DNA of 64,000 bases, taken from an uncultured Planctomycetota bacterium. Lineage in GTDB: Bacteria > Planctomycetota > Planctomycetia > Pirellulales > Lacipirellulaceae. The position numbers and the translations under genes were made by a program. Each line of letters begins with the position of its first letter. The stretch's first letter is position 1. Below are positions 12,675 to 22,733 of this stretch, piece after piece. The stretch is taken from contig CAVRBU010000002.1 of assembly GCA_963719315.1 (NCBI GenBank), positions 800,001 to 864,000 on the forward strand, written 5' to 3'. The notes below the pieces were generated by a model. The model saw only the letters and a program-made list of their open reading frames with translations. It was not told the origin of the DNA and did not search any database.

Positions 12675-15600
12675 CATTCATCCGGCCGAGGGCCACCCGG
12701 ACAGTGCGGCCGAGCGCGTGGCGAGCGCGGCGCGCGAGTTGGGATTGGCGAGCAATTTGCGTGCGGCCACTGCGCGGGCGTATTTAATTCAGGGGAAATC
12801 GCTGGATTGTGCGTCAATTGAGAAACTGGCGAACGCGCTATTGACCGATTCCGTGGTCGAGCGAGCCGTGATCGGGCGAGCGGGAGAGCCTCAATTGGAT
12901 GATTGCGGATTGCGGATCGCGGATTGCGGATCGCAATCGGCTGGATCTCAATCCGGAATTCGAAATCCGAAATCCGAGATTCACTCTGTTACGGTGCTTC
13001 TAAAACCCGGTGTCATGGACCCCGTGGCGCAAAGTGCTCTTGCCGCGGCGGCTGATCTGGGGGTTCGGCCCGATGCGATTGCAACCGTCCGCAAGTATTG
13101 GCTGAGCGGCGCGAGTTCGTCGGAAATCAAATCCGTCGGCGAGCGGATGTTGGCCAACGATGCGATCGAACAGGTGGTTTTTGGGCCGCTCGCGCTGGAG
13201 CGGCTCGAGTTGGGACGACCTTATCGCTTTGAACTTCGGACGACGGCCATTCGTGAGCTGGATGACGAATCGCTGATGCGATTGAGTCGCGACGGCCAGC
13301 TCTATTTGCAACTGGCCGAGATGCAGACGATCCGGCAACACTTTCGCGACTTGGGCCGCGAGCCCACGGACGTGGAGTTGGAAACAATCGCTCAGACGTG
13401 GAGCGAACATTGCAGCCACAAAACACTCGCCGGTCGGATTGCGTATTGCGACGAGAACGGAGAACGCCTATTCGAGAACATGCTGAAGGAAACGATCTTT
13501 GCGGCCACGACCACGATTCGCGAGCGGCTCGGCGCGGACGATTGGTGCGTGAGCGTGTTCGAAGACAACGCCGGCATCGTGCGATTCGACGATGAGTTCA
13601 ACGTGGCGTTCAAAGTGGAAACGCACAATCACCCCTCGGCGTTGGAACCGTATGGCGGGGCGAACACGGGTGTCGGCGGGGTGATTCGCGACATCATGGG
13701 CACGGGGTTGGGGGCAAAGCCGATTTGCAGCACGGATGTGTTTTGTTTTGCGCCGCCGAATGTCGAGACAAGGAGACAAGGGGACAAGGAGACAAGGAGC
13801 GTATTGCCGCCGGGCGTGTTGCATCCGCGGCGGGTGATGCGCGGGGTAGTTGAGGGGGTTCGCGACTATGGGAATCGGATGGGGATCCCGACCATCAACG
13901 GGGCCGTGTATTTCGATGAGCGGTATCTGGGAAATCCGCTCGTTTATTGCGGAAATGTGGGGCTCATTCGTCAGGACAAGTCATATAAGGAAACGCTGCC
14001 GGGTGATCTGATTGTCGCCGTGGGCGGCCGCACGGGGCGCGATGGGATTCACGGTGCGACGTTTTCCAGCGCGGAGTTGACGAGCCAAAGTGAGCACGTT
14101 TCCGGTGGCGCCGTACAGATTGGCAATGCAATCGAAGAAAAGAAAGTGCTCGACGTGCTGCTCGTGGCGCGTGATCGTGGGCTGTTCAACGCGGTGACCG
14201 ATTGCGGCGCCGGCGGGTTCAGCAGCGCGGTTGGCGAAATGGGCGAGAAAATCGGGGCGGAAGTGCATCTCGATCGGTGTCCGCTCAAGTACGAGGGGCT
14301 AACGTATACCGAAATTTGGATATCCGAGGCGCAGGAGCGAATGGTGCTGGCCGTGCCGGAGAATTGGTGGCCGGAGCTCGCTGAGTTGTGCCGGTCGGAA
14401 GGCGTCGAGGCGACGGTCATTGGCCGGTTCGTGCCCAGCGGGCGGTTGCATTTGTATTACGACGGGAACTGCGTTGCCGATCTGGAGATGCGATTCTTGC
14501 ACAAAGGACGGCCGGCGGTAGTGCGCCAGGCAGTGTATGAGGGTCCAGGGTCGAGGGTCGAGGGCCGAGGGCCAGAAGACGAATCGCGGCATGAGAAACC
14601 GGAGTCGTACAACGATGATCTGCTGAAGATTTTGGCGTCGCCCAACGTGGCCAGCAAGGAATGGATCGTGCGGCAGTACGATCATGAAGTGCAAGGCGGA
14701 ATCGCGGTGAAGCCATACGTGGGCGTGGCGAATGATGGGCCGAGCGATGCGGCGGTACTGCGGCCCGTGCTTACTTCGCGGCGGGGGATCGTCATCGCGT
14801 GCGGTATGAATCCGCGCTACGGTGATTTCGACCCGTATCACATGGCGGCGAGCGCGATTGACGAGGCGATTCGCAATTGCGTGGCAGTCGGGGCCGACCC
14901 GGCGCGGATTGCTATCCTCGACAATTTTTGCTGGGGCGACTGCGAGCGGCCGGAGACGCTGGGCGGACTGGTTCGTGCGGCCCTAGCCTGCCACGATGTT
15001 TCGATCGCGCTTGGCACGCCCTTCATCAGCGGCAAGGATAGCCTCAACAATGAATTCAGTTACCACGACGCCGACGGCCAACGGCGAACGATCGCGATTC
15101 CGCCGTCACTGCTGATTAGTGCGATTGGCCAGGTCAACGATGTTTCGCGATGCGTGACGATGGATTTCAAGCAGGCGGGCAATCTCATTTATCTTGTTGG
15201 CGAGACGCGAAACGAGTTGGGCGGGTCGCATTTCGCATTGGTGAACGATTGGCACGGTGGACGAGTGCCGACGGTCGATCCGGCTGCCGCTCGGAAGACG
15301 TTTGCAGCGATGCACCGCGCAATTCAAACTGGCTTGGTGCGAGCTTGCCACGATCTGAGTGAGGGCGGGTTGGCTGTGGCGGTAGCGGAGATGTCGTTTG
15401 CGGGCGGGTTGGGGGCGCGCGTTAATGTTGCCGGAATGAAGGTCCGTGATGAAGCGGTGGACGACGTTGGAAGGTTGTTCAGCGAATCCAATACGCGATT
15501 TATTTGCGAGGTGGAATCGGACAGCGCATCGGTTTTCGAACGCGCGCTCGCCGGCATCGCGCTTGCGAACATCGGTCAAGTGACGAGCGACAAGCGCCTG

Positions 15601-15684
15601 GCGATCAACAACGGCGAAACAAAGTTGGTTGATGCGGATATTTTCGAGCTTAAGGAGGCCTGGCAGGCGCCGCTGCGATGGTAG
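12658..15684 (+). CDS. purL: Phosphoribosylformylglycinamidine synthase large subunit with N-terminal PurS-like domains
   Basis: QTWSEHCSHK, KVETHNHPS, GRDGIHGATFSS, DCGAGG, SEAQERM, QYDHEVQG and HDLSEGG; N-terminal PGVMDP PurS-like segment. Confidence 0.96.
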   Translation: MLWEIDIHPAEGHPDSAAERVASAARELGLASNLRAATARAYLIQGKSLDCASIEKLANALLTDSVVERAVIGRAGEPQLDDCGLRIADCGSQSAGSQSGIRNPKSEIHSVTVLLKPGVMDPVAQSALAAAADLGVRPDAIATVRKYWLSGASSSEIKSVGERMLANDAIEQVVFGPLALERLELGRPYRFELRTTAIRELDDESLMRLSRDGQLYLQLAEMQTIRQHFRDLGREPTDVELETIAQTWSEHCSHKTLAGRIAYCDENGERLFENMLKETIFAATTTIRERLGADDWCVSVFEDNAGIVRFDDEFNVAFKVETHNHPSALEPYGGANTGVGGVIRDIMGTGLGAKPICSTDVFCFAPPNVETRRQGDKETRSVLPPGVLHPRRVMRGVVEGVRDYGNRMGIPTINGAVYFDERYLGNPLVYCGNVGLIRQDKSYKETLPGDLIVAVGGRTGRDGIHGATFSSAELTSQSEHVSGGAVQIGNAIEEKKVLDVLLVARDRGLFNAVTDCGAGGFSSAVGEMGEKIGAEVHLDRCPLKYEGLTYTEIWISEAQERMVLAVPENWWPELAELCRSEGVEATVIGRFVPSGRLHLYYDGNCVADLEMRFLHKGRPAVVRQAVYEGPGSRVEGRGPEDESRHEKPESYNDDLLKILASPNVASKEWIVRQYDHEVQGGIAVKPYVGVANDGPSDAAVLRPVLTSRRGIVIACGMNPRYGDFDPYHMAASAIDEAIRNCVAVGADPARIAILDNFCWGDCERPETLGGLVRAALACHDVSIALGTPFISGKDSLNNEFSYHDADGQRRTIAIPPSLLISAIGQVNDVSRCVTMDFKQAGNLIYLVGETRNELGGSHFALVNDWHGGRVPTVDPAAARKTFAAMHRAIQTGLVRACHDLSEGGLAVAVAEMSFAGGLGARVNVAGMKVRDEAVDDVGRLFSESNTRFICEVESDSASVFERALAGIALANIGQVTSDKRLAINNGETKLVDADIFELKEAWQAPLRW
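12901..12981. repeat. (GAT[T/C]GCG)x5 and inverted (AAATCCG)n heptamer arrays inside purL
   Basis: Translated as DCGLRIADCGSQ...GIRNPKSEI. Confidence 0.88.
13765..13796. repeat. (GAGACAAG)x4 octamer repeat inside purL
   Basis: Translated as ETRRQGDKETR. Confidence 0.88.
14540..14574. repeat. (AGGGTCG)-like x5 heptamer repeat inside purL
   Basis: Translated as GPGSRVEGRGP. Confidence 0.85.
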
Positions 15685-15755
15685 AGGAGATGTGCGGGGG
15701 TCGTGCTTGAGAGAGTAGATTCGGCGTTGCCGCCGACGCTAAGTGAATTATTTCT

Positions 15756-16570
15756 ATGACGAATCCGCGGGTTTTGATAGTGCGAGCGCCGGGGACAAAT
15801 TGCGATGGTGAAACTGCGCACGCGTTTGAGCTTGCTGGCGGAGTGGCGGAACAGTGGCATGTGAATCGAGTGTTGGAACAGCCCGGACGCGTGGCGGAGT
15901 TTCAGGTGCTCTGCATTCCGGGCGGGTTCAGCTACGGCGATGATATCGCGGCCGGTCGGATTCTCGGCAATCAGATTCAACATCATTTGGCGGAAACGCT
16001 GGCTGAATTTCGCGAAGCGGGCAAGTTGATCATTGGAATCTGTAACGGCTTCCAGGTACTGCTCAAAACCAACCTGTTGGCGGCGGCCGATGCGGCGGGG
16101 CCAGCGGCGACGCTTACGCTGAACGACTCGGGGCGATTCGAAGCGAGGTGGGTGCGGCTGGCGATTGAGCCGGAGAAGTGCATATTTCTGCAGGGAATTA
16201 GCGAGATGGAGCTGCCGGTAGCACATGGCGAGGGGAAGTTCGTGACACGCGATGCGGCAGTGTTCGAGAGCATGTCCGCGGCGGGGAGATTGGTGATGAA
16301 ATACGAGTCGATTGCGGAATCGTCGAACCAATCCGAGGTCCGAAATCCGAAATCCGAAATCTCCCCTTCCGTCCCCTACCCTGCCAACCCGAACGGCGCG
16401 ATGGGCGATGTGGCTGGAATTTGTGACGAGACCGGGCGGGTGTTCGGGTTGATGCCGCATCCGGAGCGGTTTGTGGATTGGACGCAGCATCCGCGCTGGA
16501 CGCGCGAGCCGCGCGCGAAGCGGGCGACGGCTTGCGGGTGTTTCAAAACGCGATCCGATACTTCAGATAG
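15756..16570 (+). CDS. purQ: FGAM synthase glutaminase subunit (apparent frameshift near 16515)
   Basis: PGTNCD, PGGFSYGD, GICNGFQ, VAHGEG and GLMPHPER. The canonical ending GDGLRVFQNAIRYFR* is in another frame (TAG 16568-16570). Confidence 0.93.
16329..16363. repeat. (AAATCCG)n heptamer array inside purQ
   Basis: Translated as QSEVRNPKSEI; same family as the array in purL. Confidence 0.85.
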
Positions 16571-16594
16571 ACGCGCGCGGCTGGCGGGGGGACT

Positions 16595-18157
16595 TCAGAT
16601 AGACGCGCGCGGCTGGCGCGGGGGATTGAAGTTCTTGGGAGCCGCCGGGCGATCTTCTTCTTCCGGATCGTCCACGGAGATTTTTTCGCCGAGCCGCCAG
16701 CCGAGTCGGCCCAAAAGGCGGGCGTAAACAAGAATGCAGCCGAGAATGAGCGGGGCTGCGGCCAGCGGCAGGTACACATTCACTTGCCACGTAAAGAAAA
16801 CGAGAACTGCGCAGAGCGCGAGCAGGCAAGCGGACTGAAAATAGAAAAGCAGCATCGAGAATGGACAACGCACCATTGCGCCGAACACGCCGAGGTCGAT
16901 GAGTTCCCAAGTGGAGCTGCCGGCCTGTTGCGAGAGGACGACGAGGGGCAGCAGGAGCACCAACGATCCGCCGGTTAGCGCGGCCGTTTGCCAGAGTTCG
17001 TTCGAGAGCAGCTGGGCGAGCATCCAGCCAGGAGCGGCCGAGAACGTGATCGCCACGCCCAGCGGGAGCATTTCACTCATCGAATTGACGAAATTCAACG
17101 ACGGCCAGTCGTCGATGCGATCGGCGCCGACGGCACTTTCCGCGACGATGGCAATGACGATGCTCGAAATTGACGCGAACCAAATGATGGCGACGACGCC
17201 GGCGACCAAAGTTTCGGCAAGTCCGGCGAACGCGACCTGCGCCGTGTCGGCGCCGCCGTTCCAATTCGCCCAGTGGGGAACGCCATCAAGCAGCAATCCG
17301 CTCCACAGGGCGAGGCCAATCGTCAGCACCACCCACCGCGACGGGCAGCCCGACGAAAACGGAAAGGACAGGATGCCCGTCAACAGCGGGAAGCGAGTGA
17401 GGACGGGCCGGCCGCGCTCGTCGTATTTCATCGGCCGGCCGGTGCGTTTGGATTCTTCCATAGCGCGCTGCAGCTCGGCTTCGCGCTCTTGCTCGGCGAT
17501 GGACAAGCCCACCGTGTGCGGAATGATCGAGGGCCGATTGGAAACCACGGAAGCCATATCGAGTCGCGGGGTCAGCGAATCGGGTGCGACTACCGACGGT
17601 CTCACGACTTGTTTGGGAGGCGATGGAACAATGTGCTTCGTGCCGCAATCGGGGCAAGCGATTTGCGAACCGACTTGGGCCTCGGAGGCATACATCAATG
17701 TGGCGCAACTACGGCAGGTGACGCCGATGAGCTTGGGTTGCGCCGCGATCAGTTCGCTCGGCAGCGGTTGATCGTCGGGATCCCATAGTTCGTACTGCTC
17801 GCCGTCGAGAGCGGCCGGCATGTTTTTCGGCTTCGGTTTCGGCGGTTCGGGGATGACGGTCCCCGCGCCGCAGTCCGGGCACTTAACCTTTTTGCCGACC
17901 TGGTCGGCGCGGCCATGCAGCCGAGTGCCGCAAACGCGGCATTCGACGGCGATGTATTTTGGCGTTTCGGCCTTTGGTTTCGTGCTTACAGCGGATGGCG
18001 GAGGCGCCGGTGGCGCGGTATTCGGCGGCGCAGGGACCCTGAATGCGATGCCACAGGCGGCGCAGCGGCCGCGGCGGCCGGCCAGCGATGCCGCAACCGC
18101 AAATCGGGCCTTGCAGTGGGGGCACGTTATGACGTGGGTTGAATCGGCGGCGGCCAT
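16595..18157 (-). CDS. Membrane protein with three N-terminal zinc-ribbon modules
   Basis: CPHC/CAAC, CRVC/CPDC and CRSC/CPDC pairs; several C-terminal TM helices. Confidence 0.8.
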   Translation of the reverse strand: MAAADSTHVITCPHCKARFAVAASLAGRRGRCAACGIAFRVPAPPNTAPPAPPPSAVSTKPKAETPKYIAVECRVCGTRLHGRADQVGKKVKCPDCGAGTVIPEPPKPKPKNMPAALDGEQYELWDPDDQPLPSELIAAQPKLIGVTCRSCATLMYASEAQVGSQIACPDCGTKHIVPSPPKQVVRPSVVAPDSLTPRLDMASVVSNRPSIIPHTVGLSIAEQEREAELQRAMEESKRTGRPMKYDERGRPVLTRFPLLTGILSFPFSSGCPSRWVVLTIGLALWSGLLLDGVPHWANWNGGADTAQVAFAGLAETLVAGVVAIIWFASISSIVIAIVAESAVGADRIDDWPSLNFVNSMSEMLPLGVAITFSAAPGWMLAQLLSNELWQTAALTGGSLVLLLPLVVLSQQAGSSTWELIDLGVFGAMVRCPFSMLLFYFQSACLLALCAVLVFFTWQVNVYLPLAAAPLILGCILVYARLLGRLGWRLGEKISVDDPEEEDRPAAPKNFNPPRQPRASI

Positions 18158-18245
18158 CGAAGTGAATTCGAATTCCTGGTAAAACAGAAGTTGGAGACGT
18201 CAGTATACATCCGCGCAGCGACGGGGTGATAACGGCGGTCGCAAA

Positions 18246-19265
18246 ATGTGGCAAGGAATCATCGGGCACGACGACGTAGTGGAGCGGTTCCGCCGGACGC
18301 TGGCGTCGGGGCGGCTGGCAAGCACGTATTTATTCGTGGGGCCGCCGGGCGTCGGGAAGCGGCGATTTGCGCTGGAATTGGCACATTCGCTGCTGTGCAC
18401 CGAGTCGGAGGAAACCAATTTGCAGCCGTGCGGCCGGTGTGAATCTTGTCACATGTTTGCAACGGGCAATCATCCGGATTTGGATGTCGTTGGGTTGCCG
18501 GCCGACAAGGCGACGCTGCCGATCGAGTTCTTCATAGGCGACAAGGATCATCGTAACCAGGAAGGATTGTGCCACCGACTGGGCATGCGGCCGTTTTTTG
18601 GGCGACGGAAAGTGGCGATCGTAGATGATGCCGATCACTTCAGTATCCCCAGTGCGAATTGCCTGCTGAAGACATTGGAGGAACCTCCGCAAAGCGCACT
18701 ATTGATATTGATCGGCACCAGCCCAAGCCGGCAGTTGCCGACGATTCGGTCTCGATCGCAGGTGGTGCGGTTCCGACCGCTGGATGTCGAGACGGTTGCG
18801 CAATTGCTATTGGAGAGCGGGACAACGGCGGACCACGATTTCGCGCGGCGCATGGCCGGACTCAGCGATGGCAGCGTGGAGCGGGCCCGGCAGTTGGCCG
18901 ACCCGGCATTGTGGAGCTTTCGCGACCAGTTGCAGATCGCGTTGGCGGCGGATCGGCTCGACGGTGTGCGATTGGCCCGGGCCGTTCAGGCGTTTGTAGA
19001 TGAAGTGGGCAAGGAGGCCGCCCATAAGCGCACACGATTGCGCACGATTATCGATTTCGCGGTTGAGTATTATCGCTCGCGAATGATGGGGGAGCCGGCA
19101 GTCGCAGACCGGACTACGGCGGCTTTGGACTCCAGTTTGGCCGCTTTGGAACACATTGATCGCAATGCCAACCTGGGACTGGTGATTCAATGGTGGTGTG
19201 AATCGTTGTCGAAATCAGCGAGTGGCGGGGCCGGCAGAGCCGCGACGCTGATGGCCCGTGTGTAG
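18246..19265 (+). CDS. holB: DNA polymerase III delta' subunit
   Basis: YLFVGPPGVGK, PCGRCESC, HPDL, ANCLLKTLEEPP and LPTIRSRSQ. Confidence 0.92.
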   Translation: MWQGIIGHDDVVERFRRTLASGRLASTYLFVGPPGVGKRRFALELAHSLLCTESEETNLQPCGRCESCHMFATGNHPDLDVVGLPADKATLPIEFFIGDKDHRNQEGLCHRLGMRPFFGRRKVAIVDDADHFSIPSANCLLKTLEEPPQSALLILIGTSPSRQLPTIRSRSQVVRFRPLDVETVAQLLLESGTTADHDFARRMAGLSDGSVERARQLADPALWSFRDQLQIALAADRLDGVRLARAVQAFVDEVGKEAAHKRTRLRTIIDFAVEYYRSRMMGEPAVADRTTAALDSSLAALEHIDRNANLGLVIQWWCESLSKSASGGAGRAATLMARV

Positions 19266-19514
19266 CAGGCACGCGGAGCGGACCTCCTTCAATGGAAGAA
19301 AAATGGCGGTAGTCGGCAGCCCTATGGGTGTGCTACAGTTGTCTATCCACTCGCTCTGGGTCGGCGTCATGGTTCGCTAAAATGGCCCGTTCCAACGAGT
19401 TGCGGCGGAGGAAAAGAGGCCGTCGCGGCGCGAGTTTCTGCCCCATTGGGAACTTCATTTTCGCGCCGTGAATTCTGTCATCATAGCGTTTCGTTTTTGG
19501 AGGTCGGTCGCATC

Positions 19515-22001
19515 GTGAAGCGTTTTCTTATTCAGGCTAGCGCCGCGGCGCTCATGGTTTTGGTGGGAGTTTCCTCCGCGGCGGCGAGCGAGACGGACCT
19601 CGTCCTTCCCGATTTAAGCCAAGTCTACTTCTTGGGCATGAGTGGCCGCGCACTATTGATGATTGGGCTCGTTGTGTCTTTTGTCGGGGCCGCGTTTGGG
19701 CTGATGACGTTCGTGAAGCTGCGCAACTTGCCCGTGCATCGCTCAATGCGCGATGTCTCGGAATTAATTTACGAAACGTGCAAAACGTATCTCATCACGC
19801 AGGGCAAGTTTATCTTGCTGCTCGAGTTGTTCATCGGGGCGGTGATGGTGATTTATTTCGGCTGGCTGCGGCAACTCGCGCCCGAGCGGGTGGCGATGAT
19901 CGTGGCGTTCAGCCTGGTGGGCATTGCCGGCAGCTATGGCGTGGCGTGGTTCGGCATTCGGATCAACACGTACGCGAATTCGCGGGCAGCGTTTGCTAGC
20001 CTGGCGGGTAAGCCGTTCCCGGTGTATGCCATTCCGCTTCAGGCCGGCATCAGCATCGGCACGCTGCTGATCAGCGTGGAGCTGGCGATCATGTTGTCGA
20101 TCTTGCTGTTCGTGCCGCGCGATTATGCGGGGCCGTGCTTCATTGGGTTCGCGATTGGCGAATCGTTGGGAGCGGCTGCACTGCGAATCGCCGGCGGTAT
20201 TTTCACGAAAATCGCCGACATCGGTGCCGACTTGATGAAGATCGTCTTCAATATCGACGAGGACGATGCGCGGAACCCGGGCGTCATCGCCGATTGTACG
20301 GGCGACAACGCAGGCGACTCGGTTGGGCCGACCGCCGATGGTTTCGAAACCTACGGCGTGACGGGCGTTGCGCTGATCGTGTTCATTATGCTAGCGGTCA
20401 CGCCGCTCCATTTAGCGCCGAACGTGACCATGGCGAGCGCCACACCGGAGCAGCTCGAAGCCGCGCAGGCCGCCGCCGCGCCGCTGCAAGTCAAGCTGCT
20501 GGTGTGGATTTTCGTGATGCGGGTACTGATGATCATTACCAGCATCGTGTCTTATGTGATCAATGAACGTGCCGCCCGCGCGAAATACGAGCAGGCGGAT
20601 GACATGGATTATGAAAAACCGCTCACGTCGCTGGTCTGGTTGACGTCGATCATTTCGGTCGTAATGACCTACATCGCTTCCGTGCTGCTGATTCACGATC
20701 TGGGCGACGGCACGATCTGGTGGAAGCTGGCCACGATCATTACGTGCGGGACGCTGGCCGGGGCGATTATTCCCGAGTTAGTGAAAATCTTTACGTCGAC
20801 GAATTCGAGCCACGTGAAGGAAGTGGTGGCCTCGTCGCGCGAAGGCGGGGCATCGCTGAACATTCTGTCCGGTCTGACGGCCGGCAACTTCAGCGCGTTC
20901 TGGATGGGGCTGGTGATCGTGGGGCTGATGGGGATCGCTTACGGCGTCGCCGTTTCTGGCGGAGAGGCTGGCGTTGGTTCGCTCGGGGCGCTGATGATCG
21001 CTCCTTCGGTGTTTGCGTTCGGTCTGGTCGCGTTTGGGTTCCTCGGAATGGGGCCGGTGACGATCGCGGTCGATTCGTATGGCCCGGTGGCCGACAACGC
21101 GCAATCGATCTTCGAGCTATCTACGATCGCCACGCAGCCCAACGCACGGCGAGAAATCAAAGAGGAATTCGGCTTCGACCCGGACTTCGAAAAGGGGAAG
21201 CACCTCCTGGAAGAGAACGACGGTGCCGGCAACACGTTCAAGGCAACGGCGAAGCCCGTGCTGATCGGAACGGCGGTCGTCGGCGCGACGACGCTGATCT
21301 TCTCGATCATCATGGTGCTCACGGACGGCTTGACCAATGTGGTCGCCAAGGGAAACCTGTCGCTGTTGCATCCGCCGTTTCTGCTGGGGCTGATTACCGG
21401 CGGCGCCGTGATTTACTGGTTTACCGGCGCCTCGACGCAGGCGGTCGTGACCGGCGCGTATCGGGCCGTCGAATTCATCAAAGCCAACATCCGGCTCGAA
21501 AGCGGCGCGAAAAGCGCGTCGATTGAAGATAGTAAGCGAGTGGTCGCGATTTGCACGAAATACGCCCAACGCGGGATGTTCAATATATTTCTGGCGGTGT
21601 TTTTCATTACGCTTGCGTTTGCTTGTTTGGACGAGTTTTTCTTCATCGGCTACCTGATTTCGATTGCCATCTTCGGCTTGTACCAGGCCATCTTCATGGC
21701 CAACGCCGGCGGCGCTTGGGACAACGCCAAGAAAATCGTCGAAGTGAACCTGCGCGAAAAAGGCACGCCCTTGCACGCGGCCACCGTGGTAGGCGACACG
21801 GTCGGTGATCCGTTCAAGGACACTTCCTCCGTGGCGCTCAACCCGATCATCAAGTTCACCACGCTGTTCGGCCTGCTGGCCGTGGAGCTTGCGATCAAGA
21901 TCAACCCAAACTGGCGAATCGTGTGGGCCGCGCTGTTGTTTGCGGTGGCCGTCACGTTCGTGTGGCGGTCGTTCTACAAGATGCGGATTGCGACGGAATA
22001 G
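19515..22001 (+). CDS. hppA: Membrane-bound cation-translocating pyrophosphatase
   Basis: GGIFTKIADIGADL, EDDARNPGVIADCTGDNAGD, DSYGPVADNA, GNTFKATAK, GGAWDNAKK and GDTVGDPFKDTS. GGAGG precedes GTG 19515. Confidence 0.96.
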   Translation: MKRFLIQASAAALMVLVGVSSAAASETDLVLPDLSQVYFLGMSGRALLMIGLVVSFVGAAFGLMTFVKLRNLPVHRSMRDVSELIYETCKTYLITQGKFILLLELFIGAVMVIYFGWLRQLAPERVAMIVAFSLVGIAGSYGVAWFGIRINTYANSRAAFASLAGKPFPVYAIPLQAGISIGTLLISVELAIMLSILLFVPRDYAGPCFIGFAIGESLGAAALRIAGGIFTKIADIGADLMKIVFNIDEDDARNPGVIADCTGDNAGDSVGPTADGFETYGVTGVALIVFIMLAVTPLHLAPNVTMASATPEQLEAAQAAAAPLQVKLLVWIFVMRVLMIITSIVSYVINERAARAKYEQADDMDYEKPLTSLVWLTSIISVVMTYIASVLLIHDLGDGTIWWKLATIITCGTLAGAIIPELVKIFTSTNSSHVKEVVASSREGGASLNILSGLTAGNFSAFWMGLVIVGLMGIAYGVAVSGGEAGVGSLGALMIAPSVFAFGLVAFGFLGMGPVTIAVDSYGPVADNAQSIFELSTIATQPNARREIKEEFGFDPDFEKGKHLLEENDGAGNTFKATAKPVLIGTAVVGATTLIFSIIMVLTDGLTNVVAKGNLSLLHPPFLLGLITGGAVIYWFTGASTQAVVTGAYRAVEFIKANIRLESGAKSASIEDSKRVVAICTKYAQRGMFNIFLAVFFITLAFACLDEFFFIGYLISIAIFGLYQAIFMANAGGAWDNAKKIVEVNLREKGTPLHAATVVGDTVGDPFKDTSSVALNPIIKFTTLFGLLAVELAIKINPNWRIVWAALLFAVAVTFVWRSFYKMRIATE

Positions 22002-22102
22002 GTGGCGTCGCCGGCGCCGACGGCGGATTGCGTTCGGTATCCGCCGCGGTTTGCTGAGCCGCCGAGTTCCGTCAGCACTGGTAGGGTTGTGTGTGAGATT
22101 AT

Positions 22103-22714
22103 TTATTTTCTGGCCGCGGGCTGTGGTTCAACTGGAGCGACCACAGGGACAGCTAATGTGCCGTCTGCCACCTCGCCTGACGCGACGACCATTGCCTCCG
22201 GGAATAATCGCTTTGCTTCTGCGATCTGCTCTTTCGTTCCGTTCTTGATCTCTATCCGTGATGCACCCGGCTCGCCTAACAGCCGTAGCAGCCCTGGGGC
22301 TTGACCCAGAGCGGAACTGGCAGCGGCCCGATTAGAACAGCGCCATGCCTGCCTTTGCTTAATCCAATGGATCTGAGTGAACATCCAAATAAGAACGCTT
22401 ATGACGGGCACGCAGAGCAACATCGCGCGAAGAGAGAATCGCCAATCGCGAAGAGAGAATCGCCAAAGTGGGCTTAAATCCAGGCCGAAAAAATATTTCA
22501 CGACTAAGAACGGGAGCACGAGCATAGTCGCTCCCCAAGTCGCGGCCGCCACCCACAGCGCCCAAGAAGGCCACCAGTCTATGCCACCGCGGTGAGCAGT
22601 TTGCCGCCCGATAGCTTCCAGGTAGAAGGCGAGCGTCATCAACGCGACGTAAAACAAAGACAATACGCCTGCCAGGATTCGATGACGCGGCGCACGTTTC
22701 GTGTGCTGGTTCAC
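22103..22714 (-). CDS. Hypothetical membrane protein with RFSLR motif
   Basis: Three TM segments; WRFSLRDWRFSLR. GTG start at 22714 is inferred. Confidence 0.65.
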   Translation of the reverse strand: MNQHTKRAPRHRILAGVLSLFYVALMTLAFYLEAIGRQTAHRGGIDWWPSWALWVAAATWGATMLVLPFLVVKYFFGLDLSPLWRFSLRDWRFSLRAMLLCVPVISVLIWMFTQIHWIKQRQAWRCSNRAAASSALGQAPGLLRLLGEPGASRIEIKNGTKEQIAEAKRLFPEAMVVASGEVADGTLAVPVVAPVEPQPAARK

Positions 22715-22733
22715 GATTCCGCCGCCTTTACAA

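Noticed and set aside
12658..13200. Absence of a separate purS
   Set aside because: Explained by PurS-like domains fused to the PurL N-terminus, a known architecture.
12901..16363. CRISPR array or intein interpretation of the intragenic repeats
   Set aside because: There is no repeat-spacer periodicity and no cas gene; the inserts are only 10-30 aa and lack intein C/S...HN motifs.
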